Shown one piece after another: positions 25,445-38,275 of a stretch of 64,000 nucleotides of DNA; the stretch's first letter is position 1, and every line of letters begins with the position of its first letter. The DNA lies in the NCBI GenBank assembly GCA_030390025.1, contig CM059432.1, forward strand, positions 14,696,001 to 14,760,000, written 5' to 3'. The notes under the pieces were generated by a model. It was not told where the DNA came from and ran no database searches. It worked only from the letters and a program-made list of their open reading frames with translations. Source of the stretch: Squalus acanthias (Eukaryota). The position numbers and the translations under genes are program-made.

Positions 25445-25892
25445 GTGGCTGTCAGCGGCGGCATAGCGGTAGCACTCCTGCCTGAGTCGCAAGGTTGTGG
25501 GTTCAAGCCCCACCCTGGGACTGAAGCTTGACTGACACTCCGCCGCAATACTGAGGCAGCACTGTACTGTTGGAGGTGCCGTCTTTCAAGATGCGATGTT
25601 AAACCGATGTTCCATCTGCCCTCTTGGGTGGACGTAAAAGATCCACCTATTCGAAGAAGAAGATGCGAGTTCTCCCTGTTGTCCTGCTCAACATTTATCC
25701 CTCAACCGACACCAGTAGAAACAGTTTAATTAGTCACTGCTGTTAGTGGCAGCTTGCTGTGCCCCAAAAATGGTTGCCACATTTCCCTATATCACAACAG
25801 TGACCACACTTCAAAAAAAGTAATTCATTGGTTGTGAAGCATGTTGGTCACCCTGAGGTGAAAGGCACCGTTTAATTGCAAGTTCTTTCTTT
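25445..25892 (+). mobile_element. DeuSINE, near full length and diverged
   Basis: tRNA-like head (GGCATAGCGGTAGC A-box-like, GGTTCAAGCCC B-box), Deu core and TGCAAGTTCTTTCTTT tail. Confidence 0.85.
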
Positions 25893-26599
25893 AAGAAGGT
25901 GTGGAAACTAAAATTTAAAAAAAGGACGGATTATTGGTGTCCATTTTACATTCACAAACTCCGCACAGCTTGTTGTTAAAGCAGGATAGGTGAGGACCTC
26001 AGGTAGGCGCACACCTCCCCACCTGCATTTTGCAAAAGTGGATAAAATGCTGCATTCGTCCGCACTATATGCGAAAAAGATCAACTTGTGCAAGAAATGT
26101 CAGCGGGCTGGAGCTCAGGGCTGGAGCTCAGGCTGTATCAGCATATCGCAGAGAAACAGTAATTGTACTGAGGGGAATGACAGAAGCCCAGGATTTCATG
26201 AAGTATAATCTCGGATGTTGAGGACACGTCTTGTACTCGGAGCTCAGCAGGTGAACGTTGTCCTTTTTATCGTTAATTATTTCAAGCACTGCAAGCGTGT
26301 CGAAGTTAGAAAAAAAAAAAAATCCTCTCTGTAACATTTGCTTTCACTTCCCAGCTCCAGATTTGTTCCCGCAATAGTTGACTTTACATATGCAAATTGG
26401 CCACATTTGTATTATGAAGTGCTGGCAGTTTTACCGTAATTAAGAACTATTATGTTTAAATTACTTTCAGGGAACAAATTATGCCACAGCGCATTACTTG
26501 TTAAATGTCACGCAAGCCTGATTTCATGCATTTCCTGGGAAACATAACTACAATCTACAGTAAATTACACTAATGACTGCCATATGTGCTCCTGTCCAA

Positions 26600-26977
26600 T
26601 AAGAAAGACAGACTTGCATTTATATAGCGCCTTTCACGACCTTAGGACAGCCCAAAGAGCTTTACAGCCAATTAAATACTTCTGAAGTGTAGTCACTGTT
26701 GTAATGCAGGAAACGCGGCAGCCAAATTTCGCACAGCAAGGTCCCACAAACAGCAATGTGATAATGATCAGATAATCTGTTTTTGTTATGTTGATTGAGG
26801 GATAGATATTGGCCCCAGGACACCGGGGATAACTCTCTTGCTCTTCTTCGAAATAGTGCCGTGGGATCTTTCACGTCCACCTGAGAGAGAGCAGACGGGG
26901 CCTCGGTTTAACGTCTCATCTGAAAGACGGCACCTCCGACAGTGCAGCACTCCCTCAGCACTGCACTGGAGTGTCAA
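26600..26977 (-). mobile_element. DeuSINE, head truncated
   Basis: Reverse complement of the Deu core and tail seen at 9281-9692. Confidence 0.88.
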
Positions 26978-27399
26978 TAAGGATAAGCGAGTGACTTCTG
27001 AGCTGCTCCATGACTTTGTTCAAAACAAGCTAATGCTGCATTTACATTGCATCACTTCTGCTAGTGGCAGTCCCTGACTCTGCTGGTCAATATTTTGTCT
27101 GATTACGCTTCTGTGAAGTGTTTGGTGACGTTTTACTACATGAAGGCACTATGTAAATGCAAGTTGTTGTTGTGATGGTAACAAGGCAGCTCTGCTGCTG
27201 CGGCACATTCTGCCCCTCCAGAGGGTTTTACTCCGAGTCACCATGCTTTGAGTTGCAGCTCGTAATGGCCATTCAGTGGTTTCCATACTTCTGGCATATA
27301 CACACAGTGTCCAGCCATGATTGTGATTTTCAAGTAACTGCTGTTGCTTATCTGATGCCATACTGTGCAACTTGCCCCACAATTAGAAGGGACAGAGTA

Positions 27400-27690
27400 T
27401 TTTTTTATTCATTTATGGGATGTGGGGGTCGCTGGCAAGGCCAGCATTTATTGCCCATCCTTAATTGCCCTTGAGAAGGTGGTGGTGAGCCGCTTTCTTG
27501 AACCGCTGCAGTCCATGTGGTGAAGGTATTCCCACAGTGCTGTTAGGGAGGGAGTGCCAAGATTTTGACCCAGTGACGATAAAGGAACGGTGATATATTT
27601 CCATGTCAGGGTGGCGTGTGACTTGGAGGGGAACTTGCAAGTGATGGTGTTCCATGCGCCTGCTGCCCTTGTCCTTCTAGGTGGTAGAAA
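27400..27690 (-). mobile_element. 3' end of the 976-5430 LINE family
   Basis: Reverse complement of about 5155-5430. Confidence 0.85.
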
Positions 27691-28779
27691 TCTGTTTATC
27701 TTGCTGCCATTATAGAATAATGGCAGGAAGATAAACAGAACTACTTTGATTTACAGTCCACCTAACTGGACCAAATCTTGGTCAGAATCGTAAAGGTGCT
27801 GCTCTCTTCAATTCATGGCCATGGCAATGCTTTGCTCAGGGCCTAGATGAGAGACAAGTGTATAGAGAATTAGAAAATGGAATAGCAGTTTTGTGAAGCA
27901 CATTATTGACTTTCTACAGTCAGCTTGCTGCTAAAAGGCTGTGAAAATCTGCCAGGTGTTGGCCTCTGTTGCTAATTTCCTCAGGTGTCTGTTTGGGTCA
28001 GAACCCCCACCTGTCCCAAGTGGGGTCTCCCTACCTCAGTGATGGTGTGGCAGGGGGAGGAAACTCCAAAGGCCAGAGGTTTCCTCAGCCACACCCAATA
28101 ATGTGCCAGAACATTTCTGAAAAACAAGTAATGCAATCAGAGGTTCTCCTGCAGAACATGCTAGAAGTAAAGGGAATTAAGGGTTACGGGGAGCGGGCAG
28201 GAATTTGGACATGAGTCTAGGTTCGGATCGGTCATGGCCCTGTGGGTAGCGTAGTGGGCCCAGGGGCCGTGTAGCCTGATCCTGCTCCTTTTTCGTGTGT
28301 CCAATTCTGTTAGGTTCAGGAGATGGTTCTGTGATAGTAGATTGGCGGTTAGGATCAGATCAGCCATGATCTTATTGAATGGCGGAGCAGGCTCGAGGGG
28401 CCAATTGGCCTACTCCTGCTCCTATTTCTTATGTTCTTATGCTCTGCCTGACAAGACATGTGGCACACCACTGGGTCCTTCACTGTCATTTGGTTTTGTT
28501 GTGATCAAAATGGAGGAGGAAGAGACAATTCGGAAGTGCTGACAGAAAATCTCCCCCCCCCCTTCCCCCCCACACCATTCTAAATCGGCAGCACAAAAAT
28601 AAGATCTTGATGGAGACATGGTGGGACTCCAGCTTGGCAGCAAACCTGGGCCAAGGGGAATGTTGAGCGAGACAACCCAAAACCATATTTGTTGTTAACA
28701 TTCACTGCCAACAGGGAGGTTTCTATCTCTGGGCCAGTTCACACTGTGAGGCTGAAACATGCAGAATTGTTTTATTACA

Positions 28780-31700
28780 GATAGATACTGTTCTCTACAG
28801 CCGCGAAAGAGAGTCCCGAAGGCTGTGTTGCCTGCCCGGTGCCAGGGTTAAGGATATCTCCTCGCGGCTGGAGAAGAACTTGGAGTGGGAGGGGGAGGAT
28901 CCAGTTGTCGTGGTCCATGTAGGAACCAACGACATAGGTAGAACTAAGAATGAGGTTCTGCTGAGGGAGTTTGAAGAGCGAGGGTCTAAATTAATAAGCA
29001 GAACCACAAGGGTAATAATCTCTGGATTACTACCTGAGCCACGTGCAAATTGGCATAGGGTCAAGCAGATCAGAGAGTTAAATGCATGGCTCAAAGAGTG
29101 GTGTGGGAAAATGGGGTTTCAATTCATGGGGCACTGGCACCAGTACTGGGGAAAGAGGGAGCTGTTCCGTTGGACGGGCTCCATTTAAACTGGGCTCGGG
29201 CCAGCGTCCTGGTGAATCAAATAACTAGGGCTATAGATAGGGCTTTAAACTAACAAAAGGGGGGGGGGGATCAGGTGAGGGGAAATTTAGAAATCTAAAG
29301 TGAAAGGTCAAGGCAATAGAGCAGTGTAGCGATTTGGGTAAAAATAAGCAGAGTGTGACAGGAAGGGACAGAGAGTTTAATGGTAGCAGTGCAGCAGAGA
29401 ATAAGGTTAAAGCAGGGAATAATGGTAAAAAATTTAAATTAAAAGCTCTTTATCTGAACGAAGCATTCGTAACAAGATAGATGAACTAGTGGCACAAATA
29501 GAGATAAATGGGTTTGATCTAATAGCCATTACAGAGACATGGTTGCATGGTGGCCAAGGTTGGGAACTAAATGTTCCAGGGTACTTGACGTTTCGAAAAG
29601 ACAGGCAGAATGGAAAAGGATGGGGAGTATCCCTGATAATGAAGGATGACATAAGGACAGTAGCGAGAAAGGATCTCGGCTCGGAAGATCAGGAAGTAGA
29701 ATCAGTATGGGTGGAGATAAGGAATAATAAGGGGCAGAAAACACTGGTAGAAGTAGTATATAGGCCCCCTAACAGTAGCTAGACTGTTGCACAGAATATT
29801 AATCAAAAAACAGTAGGAGCTTGCAACAAAGGTAATGCAATAATCTTGGGGGACTTTAATCTTCATATAGACTGGACAAATCAAATTGGCAAAGGTAGTC
29901 TGGAGGATGAGTTCATGGAATGCATTCAGGACAGTTTCCTAGAACAATATGTTATGGAACCAACCAGGGAACAGGTTATTTTAGATCTTGTATTGTGCAA
30001 TGAGACAGGGTTAATTAGCAATCTCATAGTAAAGGATCCTCTGGGGCAGAGTGATCATAATATGATAGAATTTCACCTTAATTTTGAGAGTGACTTGCCT
30101 CAGTCTGAAACTAGAATCTTAAACTTAAATAAAGCCAATTATATCGGTATGAGGGGCGAGTTGGCGAAGGTAGATTGGAAAAATAGATTAAAAGGTATGG
30201 CGGTAGATAAGCAGTGGCTAGCATTTAAAGAAATATTTCATAATTCTCAACAAAAATACATTCCATTGAGAAACAAAAACTCCACGGGAAAAGTGATCCA
30301 ACCGTGGCTAACTACAGAAGTTAAGGATAGCATTAGATTGAAAGAAGAAGCTTATAATGTTGCAAAGAATAATAGTAAGCCTAAGGATTGGGAGCGGTTC
30401 AGAAACCAGCAAAGGTTGACCAAAAAATTGATAAAAAGGGACAAAATAGAATGAGAGAAAACTAGCGAGAAATATAAAAGCAGATTGTAAGAGTTTCTAC
30501 AAGTATGTAAAAAGGAAAAGAGTAGCAAAAGTAAACATTGGTCCCTTAGAGGCTGAGACAGGAGAAATTATTATGGGGAATAAGGAAATGGTAGAAACGT
30601 TGAACAAATATTTTGTATCTGTCTTCACTGTAGAAGACACAAAAAGCATACCAAAAATGGTGGGGAACCAAGGGTCTAATGAGGGTGAGGAACTTAACGT
30701 AATTAATATAAGTAGAGAAAAAGTACTAGAGAAAGTAATGGGACTAAAAGCCGACAAATCCCCTGGATCTAACGGCCTACATCCTAGGGTTCTAAAAGAG
30801 GTGGCTGAAGAGATAGTGGATGCATTGGTTTTGATCTTCCAAAATTCCCTAGATTCTAGAATGGTCCCAGCGGATTGGAAGGTCGCAAATGTAACACCGC
30901 TATTCAAGAAAGGAGGGAGAGAAAAAACAGGGAACTATAGGCCAGTTAGTCTGACATCAGTTGTTGGGAAAATGCTGGAATCCATTGTTAAGGAAGTGGT
31001 ATCAAGTCATTTAGAAAATCATAAGGCAGAGTCAACATGGTTTTATGAAAGGGAAATCGTGTTTGACAAATTTATTAGAGTTTTTTGAGGATGTAACTAG
31101 CAGGGTAGATAAAGGGAAACCAGTGGATGTAGCATATATGGATTTCCAAAAGGCATTCAATAAGGTGCCACATAAAAGGTTATTACACAAGATTAGAGCT
31201 CATGGGGTTGGGGGTAATATAGTAGCATGGATAGAGGATTGGTTAACAGACAGAAAACAGAAAGTAGGGATAAACTGATCTTTTTCAGGTTGGCAGGCTG
31301 TACCTAGTGGGGTGCCGCAAGGATCAGTGCTGGGGCCTCAGCTATTTACAATCTATATTAATGACCTAGATGAAGGGACCGAGTGTAATGTATCCAAGTT
31401 TGCTGATGATACAAAGCTAGGTGAGACAGTAAGCTGTGAGGAGAATACAAAAAGTCTGCAAAGGGATTTCGATGGACTAAGTGAGTGGGCAGTAAGGTAG
31501 CAGATGGAGTATAATGTAGGGAAATGTGAGGTTATTCACTTTGGTAGGAAGAATAGAAAAACAGAATATTTTTTAAATGGTGAGTAACTTTCAAATGTTG
31601 GTGTTCAGAGAGATTTGGGTGTCCTCGTGCAAGAAACACAGAAAGCTAGCATGCAGGTACAGCAAGCAATAAGGAAGGCAAATGGCATGTTGGCCTTTAT

Positions 31701-32330
31701 TGCAAGGGAGTTGGAGTGTAAGAGTAAGGAAGTCTTGCTACAATTGCACAGGGTCTTGGTGAGACCACACCGAGAGTACTGTGCACAGTTTTGGTCTCTT
31801 CATCTAAGGAAGGATATACTTGCCTTGGAGGTGGTGCAACGAAGGCTCACTAGATTGATTCCTGGGATGAGAGGGTTGTCCTATGATGAGAGATTGAGTA
31901 GAAGTGGCCTATACTCTCTGGAGTTTAGAAGAATGAGAGGTGATCTCATTGAAACATACAAGATTCTGAAGGGGATTGACAGGGTAGATGCTGAGAGGTT
32001 GTTTTCCCTGGCTGGAGTGTCTAGAACTAGGGGGCATAGTCTCAGGATAAGGGGTAGGCTATTTAAGACTGAGATGAGGAGGAATTTCTTCACTCAGAGT
32101 GTTGTGAATCTTTGGAATTCTCTTCCCCAGAGGGCTGTGAATGCAGAGTCATTGAGTATATTCAAGGCTAAGATAGATAGATTTTTGGACTCTAGGGGAA
32201 TCAAGGGATCTGGAGATCGAGCGGGAAAGTGGAGTTGAGGTCGATGATCAGCCACGATCTTATGGAATGGAGGAGCAGGCTCGAGGGGCTGTATGGCCTA
32301 CTCCTGCTCTTATTTCTTATGTTCTTATTA
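28780..32330 (+). mobile_element. Long CR1/HER1-type LINE: partial ORF1 (SGNH esterase) and full-length but disrupted ORF2
   Basis: ORF1 motif CLPGARVKD...VVVHVGTNDIG. ORF2 endonuclease motifs AITETWL, YRPP and GDFN. RT motifs [22 protein letters not shown] and FADDTKL. TTCTTATG tail. Several stops and frameshifts. Confidence 0.95.
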
Positions 32331-32390
32331 TTATTATATTAACGCTAAACACTGTAAAAACAATTAAAATGAAAAGTCTTTGGATACTTT

Positions 32391-32684
32391 GGGCTGGATT
32401 TTGATACTGGGGCGGGTTGGGGTCGTGTCATCCGCATTTCGTGTTATCCACCCGACTGCAATTGGATGTGGGAGATTGATGCAATTTTCACCTAATTGGG
32501 CAATTGAGTTCCAGCATGTGGGAATCCATGAACCAATTAGTGGTTTCAGTCTGAAAGTCGCCTCTGATGATGTCATCATTACTGTTGCATTGCAGGTCAG
32601 AGACTGCCTGGCCTTTGCTGTGAGAGGACCTGGATGCAAAATGAGCAGCAGCTCTAAGGTGTGTGTGTGAGAGAGTGAGTGAGT

Positions 32685-32722
<38 letters not shown>

Positions 32723-32835
32723 GAGAGTGAGAGAGTGAGAGAGTGAGAGAGTGAGAGAGTGAGAGAGTGAGTGAGTGAGAGAGTGAGAGAGTGAGTGAGT
32801 GAGTGAGTGAGTGAGTGAGTGAGTGAGTGAGTGAG

Positions 32836-32870
<35 letters not shown>

Positions 32871-33226
32871 GATTTGCTCCACCACTCCCAGATGCCCAGC
32901 CAGCCACTCACTGATAGTCAACGCAGCCACTGATAGTCTGCTCCCGCCAGGTTTCACAGTCGTGTTTCAGAACTGGCGTGCTTCACGTAGAACAAGGGTT
33001 AAAATCACAAAGGCCTTTCAAAATGGCATTATAGAGCCAATTTAGTGCTTGTTAAGGGCCTTAACAGCCTATCCTGTCTCTTGCAGGCGGGACCAGCAGA
33101 CACGATTTCATCAAAATTGCGTGGAGGCGGGATGGAGGCGGACTTGTGCCCGCCCGCCACTTTTCGCAATTTTAACCCCCCACACGCCTCCAAACCCGCC
33201 TCCACGGGTCAATGAAAATCCAGCTC
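32391..33226. mobile_element. Harbinger-type MITE containing a compound microsatellite
   Basis: TIR GGGCTGGATTTT / AAAATCCAGCTC with TSD TTT. Same family as 22930-23705. Confidence 0.88.
32659..32870. repeat. Compound microsatellite (GT)n-(GA)n-(GAGAGAGT)n-(GAGT)n-(GATT)n
   Basis: Directly visible. It accounts for the low-complexity SLTH/SINQ ORFs in the track. Confidence 0.97.
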
Positions 33227-34959
33227 TTTAGTTCTGCTCACCCTTTCACTCCAATACTCTCTTCTCCCCTCTAACTAGGGGGTCACATTCGCAGGATATG
33301 GGGGTCGGCAGTAGATTTTTGGAGTCTAGAAGAATCAAGGAATATGGGGATAGGGCAGGAAAGTGGAGTTAAGGTCGAAGATCAGCCATGATCTTATTGA
33401 ATGGTGGAGCAGGGTCGAGGGGCCGAATGGCCTACTCCTGCTCCTATCTTCTATGTTTTTATGCAGGGTCGAGGGGCCGTACGGTCCACTCCTGCTCCTG
33501 CTTATTATGTTCTTAGTTATATTGCTTTAACTTTATGTTCACTGTTTTTCTAACTAATGTATAAATCTATAATCATAGGCACCACTATGCGTGAAATACT
33601 GGGCAAGGAATTGTTCCCCCAAAGTCTGTGCCTATGCCAGCAATATTCTAACCCCTTTGCTATTTTTCTAAAGTTGAATTGCTCACTTTCCTTGTTCCTT
33701 CGGCCTCCTTTGCCCCTGCCACACATTTTGCAGCAGGGGGAACATTTCAAACCAACAGGTCATTTGATTGGCTAGCAATCTGAGCACCTACAATGAATGA
33801 AAATGATCTAAAGACGCTTCATGATATGGCCACTGTATTGTTCATGCCTAAGGCGCTACATACAAGTCCTCCTTTAAGACGCTCCTTTAAACCTACCTCT
33901 TTGACCAAGCTTTTGGTCACCTGTCCTAATTTCTCCTTATAAGGCTCAGTGCCAAATTTTGTTTGCTTATACGCTCCTGTGGAGCGCCTTGGGACATTTT
34001 ACTATGTTAAAGGTGCTATATAAATGCAAGCACTTGTTGTTGAACTCATCAGCAGGACCAGGTGAGTAAACCCATCTGTGGTGGGCTATGGGTTAATTCA
34101 TATTATGGAGGGTATTGTTATCTGCAGGAAAAGTGTCCCATAAGACATTTTACCATGTTTCAATCCATTGATAATACGATGAGGTCCTGTAGTTGATCAA
34201 GTGTGATGTTACAAAATAATTTTACATTACAGTTTAAACTAAAATATGAGAACTGCACTACTGTAGGCCAAGGCACAACCCTAGAGGCTGACATACCATT
34301 GCGAAAGCAGAACAGGGTGTTCCTGATCTTCCCGCAAGTGAACATTTTCCATTCTGGTAACAAACCTTTGATTAGCTGCAGAAATACAACATTATGTTGT
34401 GTTCAAATGTGAGAAGAATGTGAAACAGAAGGGGATTGGGAACTGTGAATACTGCCAGAGGAATCCTATTGACTGGAGTGCAAAATTAACTGACATAGAA
34501 AAGCCATTTCTTTCAGCTTCAGAATATGATCTCAGAGGGGTGGAGTTACCTCACTATCTGGGGAGGCTCAGTTCGCAGAAGAACCAGACTCAGAACCACT
34601 ATTCATTCTCAAGGCATCGCTGGCAAGGCTGGCATTCATTGCCAGTCCCTCGTTGCCCAGGTTTGATACAACTGAGTGGCTCATTAGTTCACTTCCGAGG
34701 ACAATTAAGAGTCAACCACATTGTTGCGGGATTGGAGTTTCCTTCCCTAAAGAATGTTAGTGAGCCAGTTGGGTTTTTATGACAATCCGACAGCTTCATG
34801 GTCACTTTTACTGGGGGGAGGGAAAATCCCCAGGTTGGCTGATGTGTCTTCCAAATCTTACAGAGATGGCCCGGGAACAGTTTGGCTCTCGCCAGCTTCT
34901 CACCCGGGTGGGAGTGGGGACACTTGCCATGAGGAAACCCAAAGAAAAGCAAGGAGGGA

Positions 34960-35260
34960 AAATGAATATTAGGGCCATAAATATAAGGTAGTCACTAATA
35001 AATCCAATAAGGAATTAAAGGGAAACTTCATTACCCAGAGAGTGGTTAGAATGTGGAACTCGCTTCCACAAGGAGTAGTTGAGGCGAAAGCACAGATGCT
35101 TTTAAAGGGAGGCTAGATAAGTACGAGGGAGAATGGAATACACGTTTATGTTGATGGAGGAGATGAAGTAAATAGAGAAGGCTCGTGTGGAGTATAAACA
35201 CCGCTGGCTGTATAGACTGGTTGGCTGAATGGCCTGTTTCTGTGCTGTAAATTCTATGTA
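34960..35260 (+). mobile_element. CR1 LINE 3' fragment
   Basis: Coding remnant GHKYKVVTNKSNKE...QRVVRMWNSLP and an ATTCTATG tail. Confidence 0.8.
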
Positions 35261-35301
35261 AATAAAGTGCTATATAAAAGAAGGAAGTGATGTTTTAATG
35301 C

Positions 35302-36425
35302 ATGGGCCTCGATAGTAATCCATGGGGCGGGGCGGGGGGCGGGGGGCGGGGGGGGGGTATGGGAGAGGTTAAAGAGTTTAATATGGGGAACGCGACCGCA
35401 ACACGCCACATATTCGCCGCCACCTTTTTTTACAGTGAGACACTTAATTAACATATTTAAATCGGGCTCCCACAGTGCAATTGGGAGCCAGGTTTAAAAT
35501 TTACTGTTGCTGCACAGGTTTCCCAGGGGTTGGAAAACTCAGAAGTGAAAGGGAGGCGGGAGCTGCTGGCTCCACAAGGTAAGTGCCTCTTTCAGCACTC
35601 CTTGTGGGCCAGGAGGAGCAGGAGTGATCCGTCCCGGCCCCGCAAGGAAACCTTCGGACTCCCTGGCTCAGTTGCTCGCACACTTGCCTTCTGAGTCAGG
35701 AGGTTGTGGGTTCAAGTCCCACTCCAGAGACTTGAGCACAAAAATCTAGGCTGACACCCCAGTGCAGTACTGTGGGAGTGCTGCACTGTCAGAGGTATCG
35801 TCTTTCGATGAGACATTAAACCAAGGCCCGTCTGCTTTCTCAAATGGACATAAAAGATCCCAGGGCACTATTTCGGAGAAGAGCAGGGGAGTTATCCCCG
35901 GTGTCCTGGCCAATATTTATCCCTCAATCAACATAACAAAAACAGATTATCTGGTAATGATCACATTGCTGTGTGTGGGACCTTGCTGTGTGCAAATTGG
36001 CTGCCACATTTCCTACATTACCATAGTGACCACACTTAAAAAAAGTACTTCATTCGCTGTAAAGCGTTTTGGGATGTCCGGTGGTCGTAAAAGGCACTAT
36101 ATAAATGCAAGTATTTCTATCTTTCCCCCCTCCCGACCAGGGGCCCCTTGTCCCAACCCTGATCACAGGCCTCTCCGACCTCCCGATAACCGGGGACTGT
36201 CCCCAAGGGTCTCCAGCTGCAGCCTCCTGCCGCTGGTGTTTTTTCAGGCCTACAGGCCAGGCTGTCCACAAGGCCGGCAGCCGGGCAGGAAATGGAGCTA
36301 AAAAATGTTAATGAGGCCCTGCCATTAAGGTCGGCAGGACCTCCGCATCCCCGGCCTTGTCGGGTTCTCCGGCCGTTTCCAGCCTCGCCCGCACCCTTCC
36401 CGCCTCCCCGTAAACGTAGGGGCCA
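35302..36425. mobile_element. GC-rich MITE-like element interrupted by a DeuSINE
   Basis: Ends GGGCCTC and GGGGCC. GGGGCGGG-rich left and CCCGCC-rich right subterminal regions. TIR and TSD are imperfect. Confidence 0.5.
35664..36125 (+). mobile_element. DeuSINE, full length
   Basis: A-box TGGCTCAGTTG, B-box GGTTCAAGTCC, Deu core and GGCACTATATAAATGCAAG tail. Confidence 0.9.
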
Positions 36426-37017
36426 CGCAATCCATTGTTAAAATCTGTATTTTGCACCAGTGGTAAGTGTTTGGAACGTTTTGGCCAAAAACCTTCGAAA
36501 AAGATTTACGAGTGACATTCGTGATGATAAACCTACAAATGGAAAGTGTGCATCATGGTAATTTCTGGAACATATCTGGCACCTGATGAGAGTTACTCAA
36601 AGAGGAAGGAAAGTCTAGCGGGAGTTCTTTTTGCTCCAATTACTCCCTGCTTTTTATTAGTGTGGTTTCCTAGCGTCAAAAGAAATTTCTGCATTTATAT
36701 AATTTTTTTCTATTAGAAGAGGGGAGTGCTTATTGTAAAAAGTCCTCCCACAGACTTTCACTTAGCTTTTATGAGCATGGTTCTGAACAAAAACAGACTA
36801 CAACTCAATCAGCTCCACATTGAACCACATCTGGAAACCAGATCAGTGGTGCATAGGGATTGCTGTACTTGAGGGGCTTTTAATAACCTACTGGCAAGGC
36901 CAGGCAGAGCCGGCAGACTAACCAGCCTTTACCGCAATCAACTTTATTATTAATGATTAAATTACCGGCATAGACCTGTTGAGCCGAATGGCCTGTTTCA
37001 TATGCTGTATATACTAT

Positions 37018-37696
37018 GGCCTAAAAGTTCGGTTGCTTTGCGCCTCCCGTTAGCACCCTAAGAGGGGCGCAAAGCAACTAGTTCCCGGGCGCGGCGCCGC
37101 CAACGCCTCCTGGGAAATTCAGCGGGAGGTTAGCGGCGGCGGTGGCAACCGCTGGCGCCCGGCCGCCGGTGATGACGTAATCGCCGTGTGCAGCGCCCCG
37201 CTCGTGCCCCAGCCGCAATCTTCGGTAGCACCCCCTGACTTACCGCCGGACGCTATGTCCGATGGGGTTAGGGGAGGCCTACCTGCGGCCGGGGCGGCGC
37301 TAATTAAAGGCGAGGTGCCGGACGGCCATTTCTGTTGCTAGCCGCCTGCCAGCACCTGCCTCTGTTGTCGTCCCCAGCCTCCTGACCAGCCCCCCTGCGG
37401 AGTGCCGGCTGCGCTCCGTGAGCCCAGCACTTCTCGAGTGCCGGGCTCTTTTGCCGGCACTCCGATCCCTGGTGGCCCAGCTGGGCCCCGGGTCGTGCTG
37501 CGCAAGGCCCCTCCCCTTTAAGAAGGGGAGGAAGGCCTGCAGTACCACGGCACGTAGCGCCTCGATATTCACTCGCAGCGCCCCAAGAGGGAGGCGGGCG
37601 CTTCCAGTAAAACCCTGCTTCCCTCTTGGGGCGCTACCGATGAATTTCGGCCGCGGGGGCGCTAATTTTATTGGGGCACGACTCAATTTTTCCCCC
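37018..37696. mobile_element. Harbinger-type MITE related to 12331-13190, inserted in a CR1 tail
   Basis: TSD TAT on both sides. Ends GGCCTAAAAGTT and AATTTTTCCCCC. It shares TTGCGCCTCCCGTTAGC...GCAAAGCAACTAGT with the 12331 element. Confidence 0.82.
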
Positions 37697-38024
37697 TATG
37701 TATGTAATTCTATGTAACTTGGGGCAATTCAACAGATATCTCAGTTAACGCTGTTTGATTCTTTTATCTGATTTTCAACCAAATAGCGCAATAAACAGAT
37801 ACTGAGATTAAAGAGAGATGAATCTAGACTTAAAAATGAAAAGAAAGGACATTAATACCCACTTTATATTACAACAGTGCCTCGGGAGGGAGAGAATACC
37901 ACATCACATGCTGGTGTTAACTTCAGTCTCTGGGGGTTCAGCACTGTTCATAGGCACCACTTGGTGCTTTACGTGCTAACTTGACTCAAGGACATTCTTG
38001 TGTCTGGGTCAGACGGTTGTGGTT

Positions 38025-38275
38025 TTCAGGAGCTTGAGCCCCTCACTCTAGGTTGACATTGCAGTGCCGTACTGAGGGAGTGCTGCATTGTCAGAGACGC
38101 TGTCTTAAAATGAGACCCTTGTCTGCCTGTTCTGGTGTTACAGAATAATGTGAATTCCACTATCCAAAGAAGAGCTGGGCGATCTCCTGGTATCCTGGTC
38201 AACATTCCTCCCGCAACCGATACCACTAAAAACAGATTCACTGGTCGTTCATCCCTTTAGTGTCCGTGGGACGTT
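38025..38275 (+). mobile_element. Degraded DeuSINE fragment
   Basis: GTACTGAGGGAGTGCTGCATTGTCAGAG and CACTAAAAACAGATT blocks match the other copies. Confidence 0.7.

Noticed and set aside
32364..32957. 197-aa, 139-aa and 85-aa ORFs
   Set aside because: They are stop-free translations of the microsatellite and MITE.
37018..37696. CpG-island promoter
   Set aside because: The CpG-rich stretch is bounded by MITE ends with a TSD and is homologous to 12331-13190.
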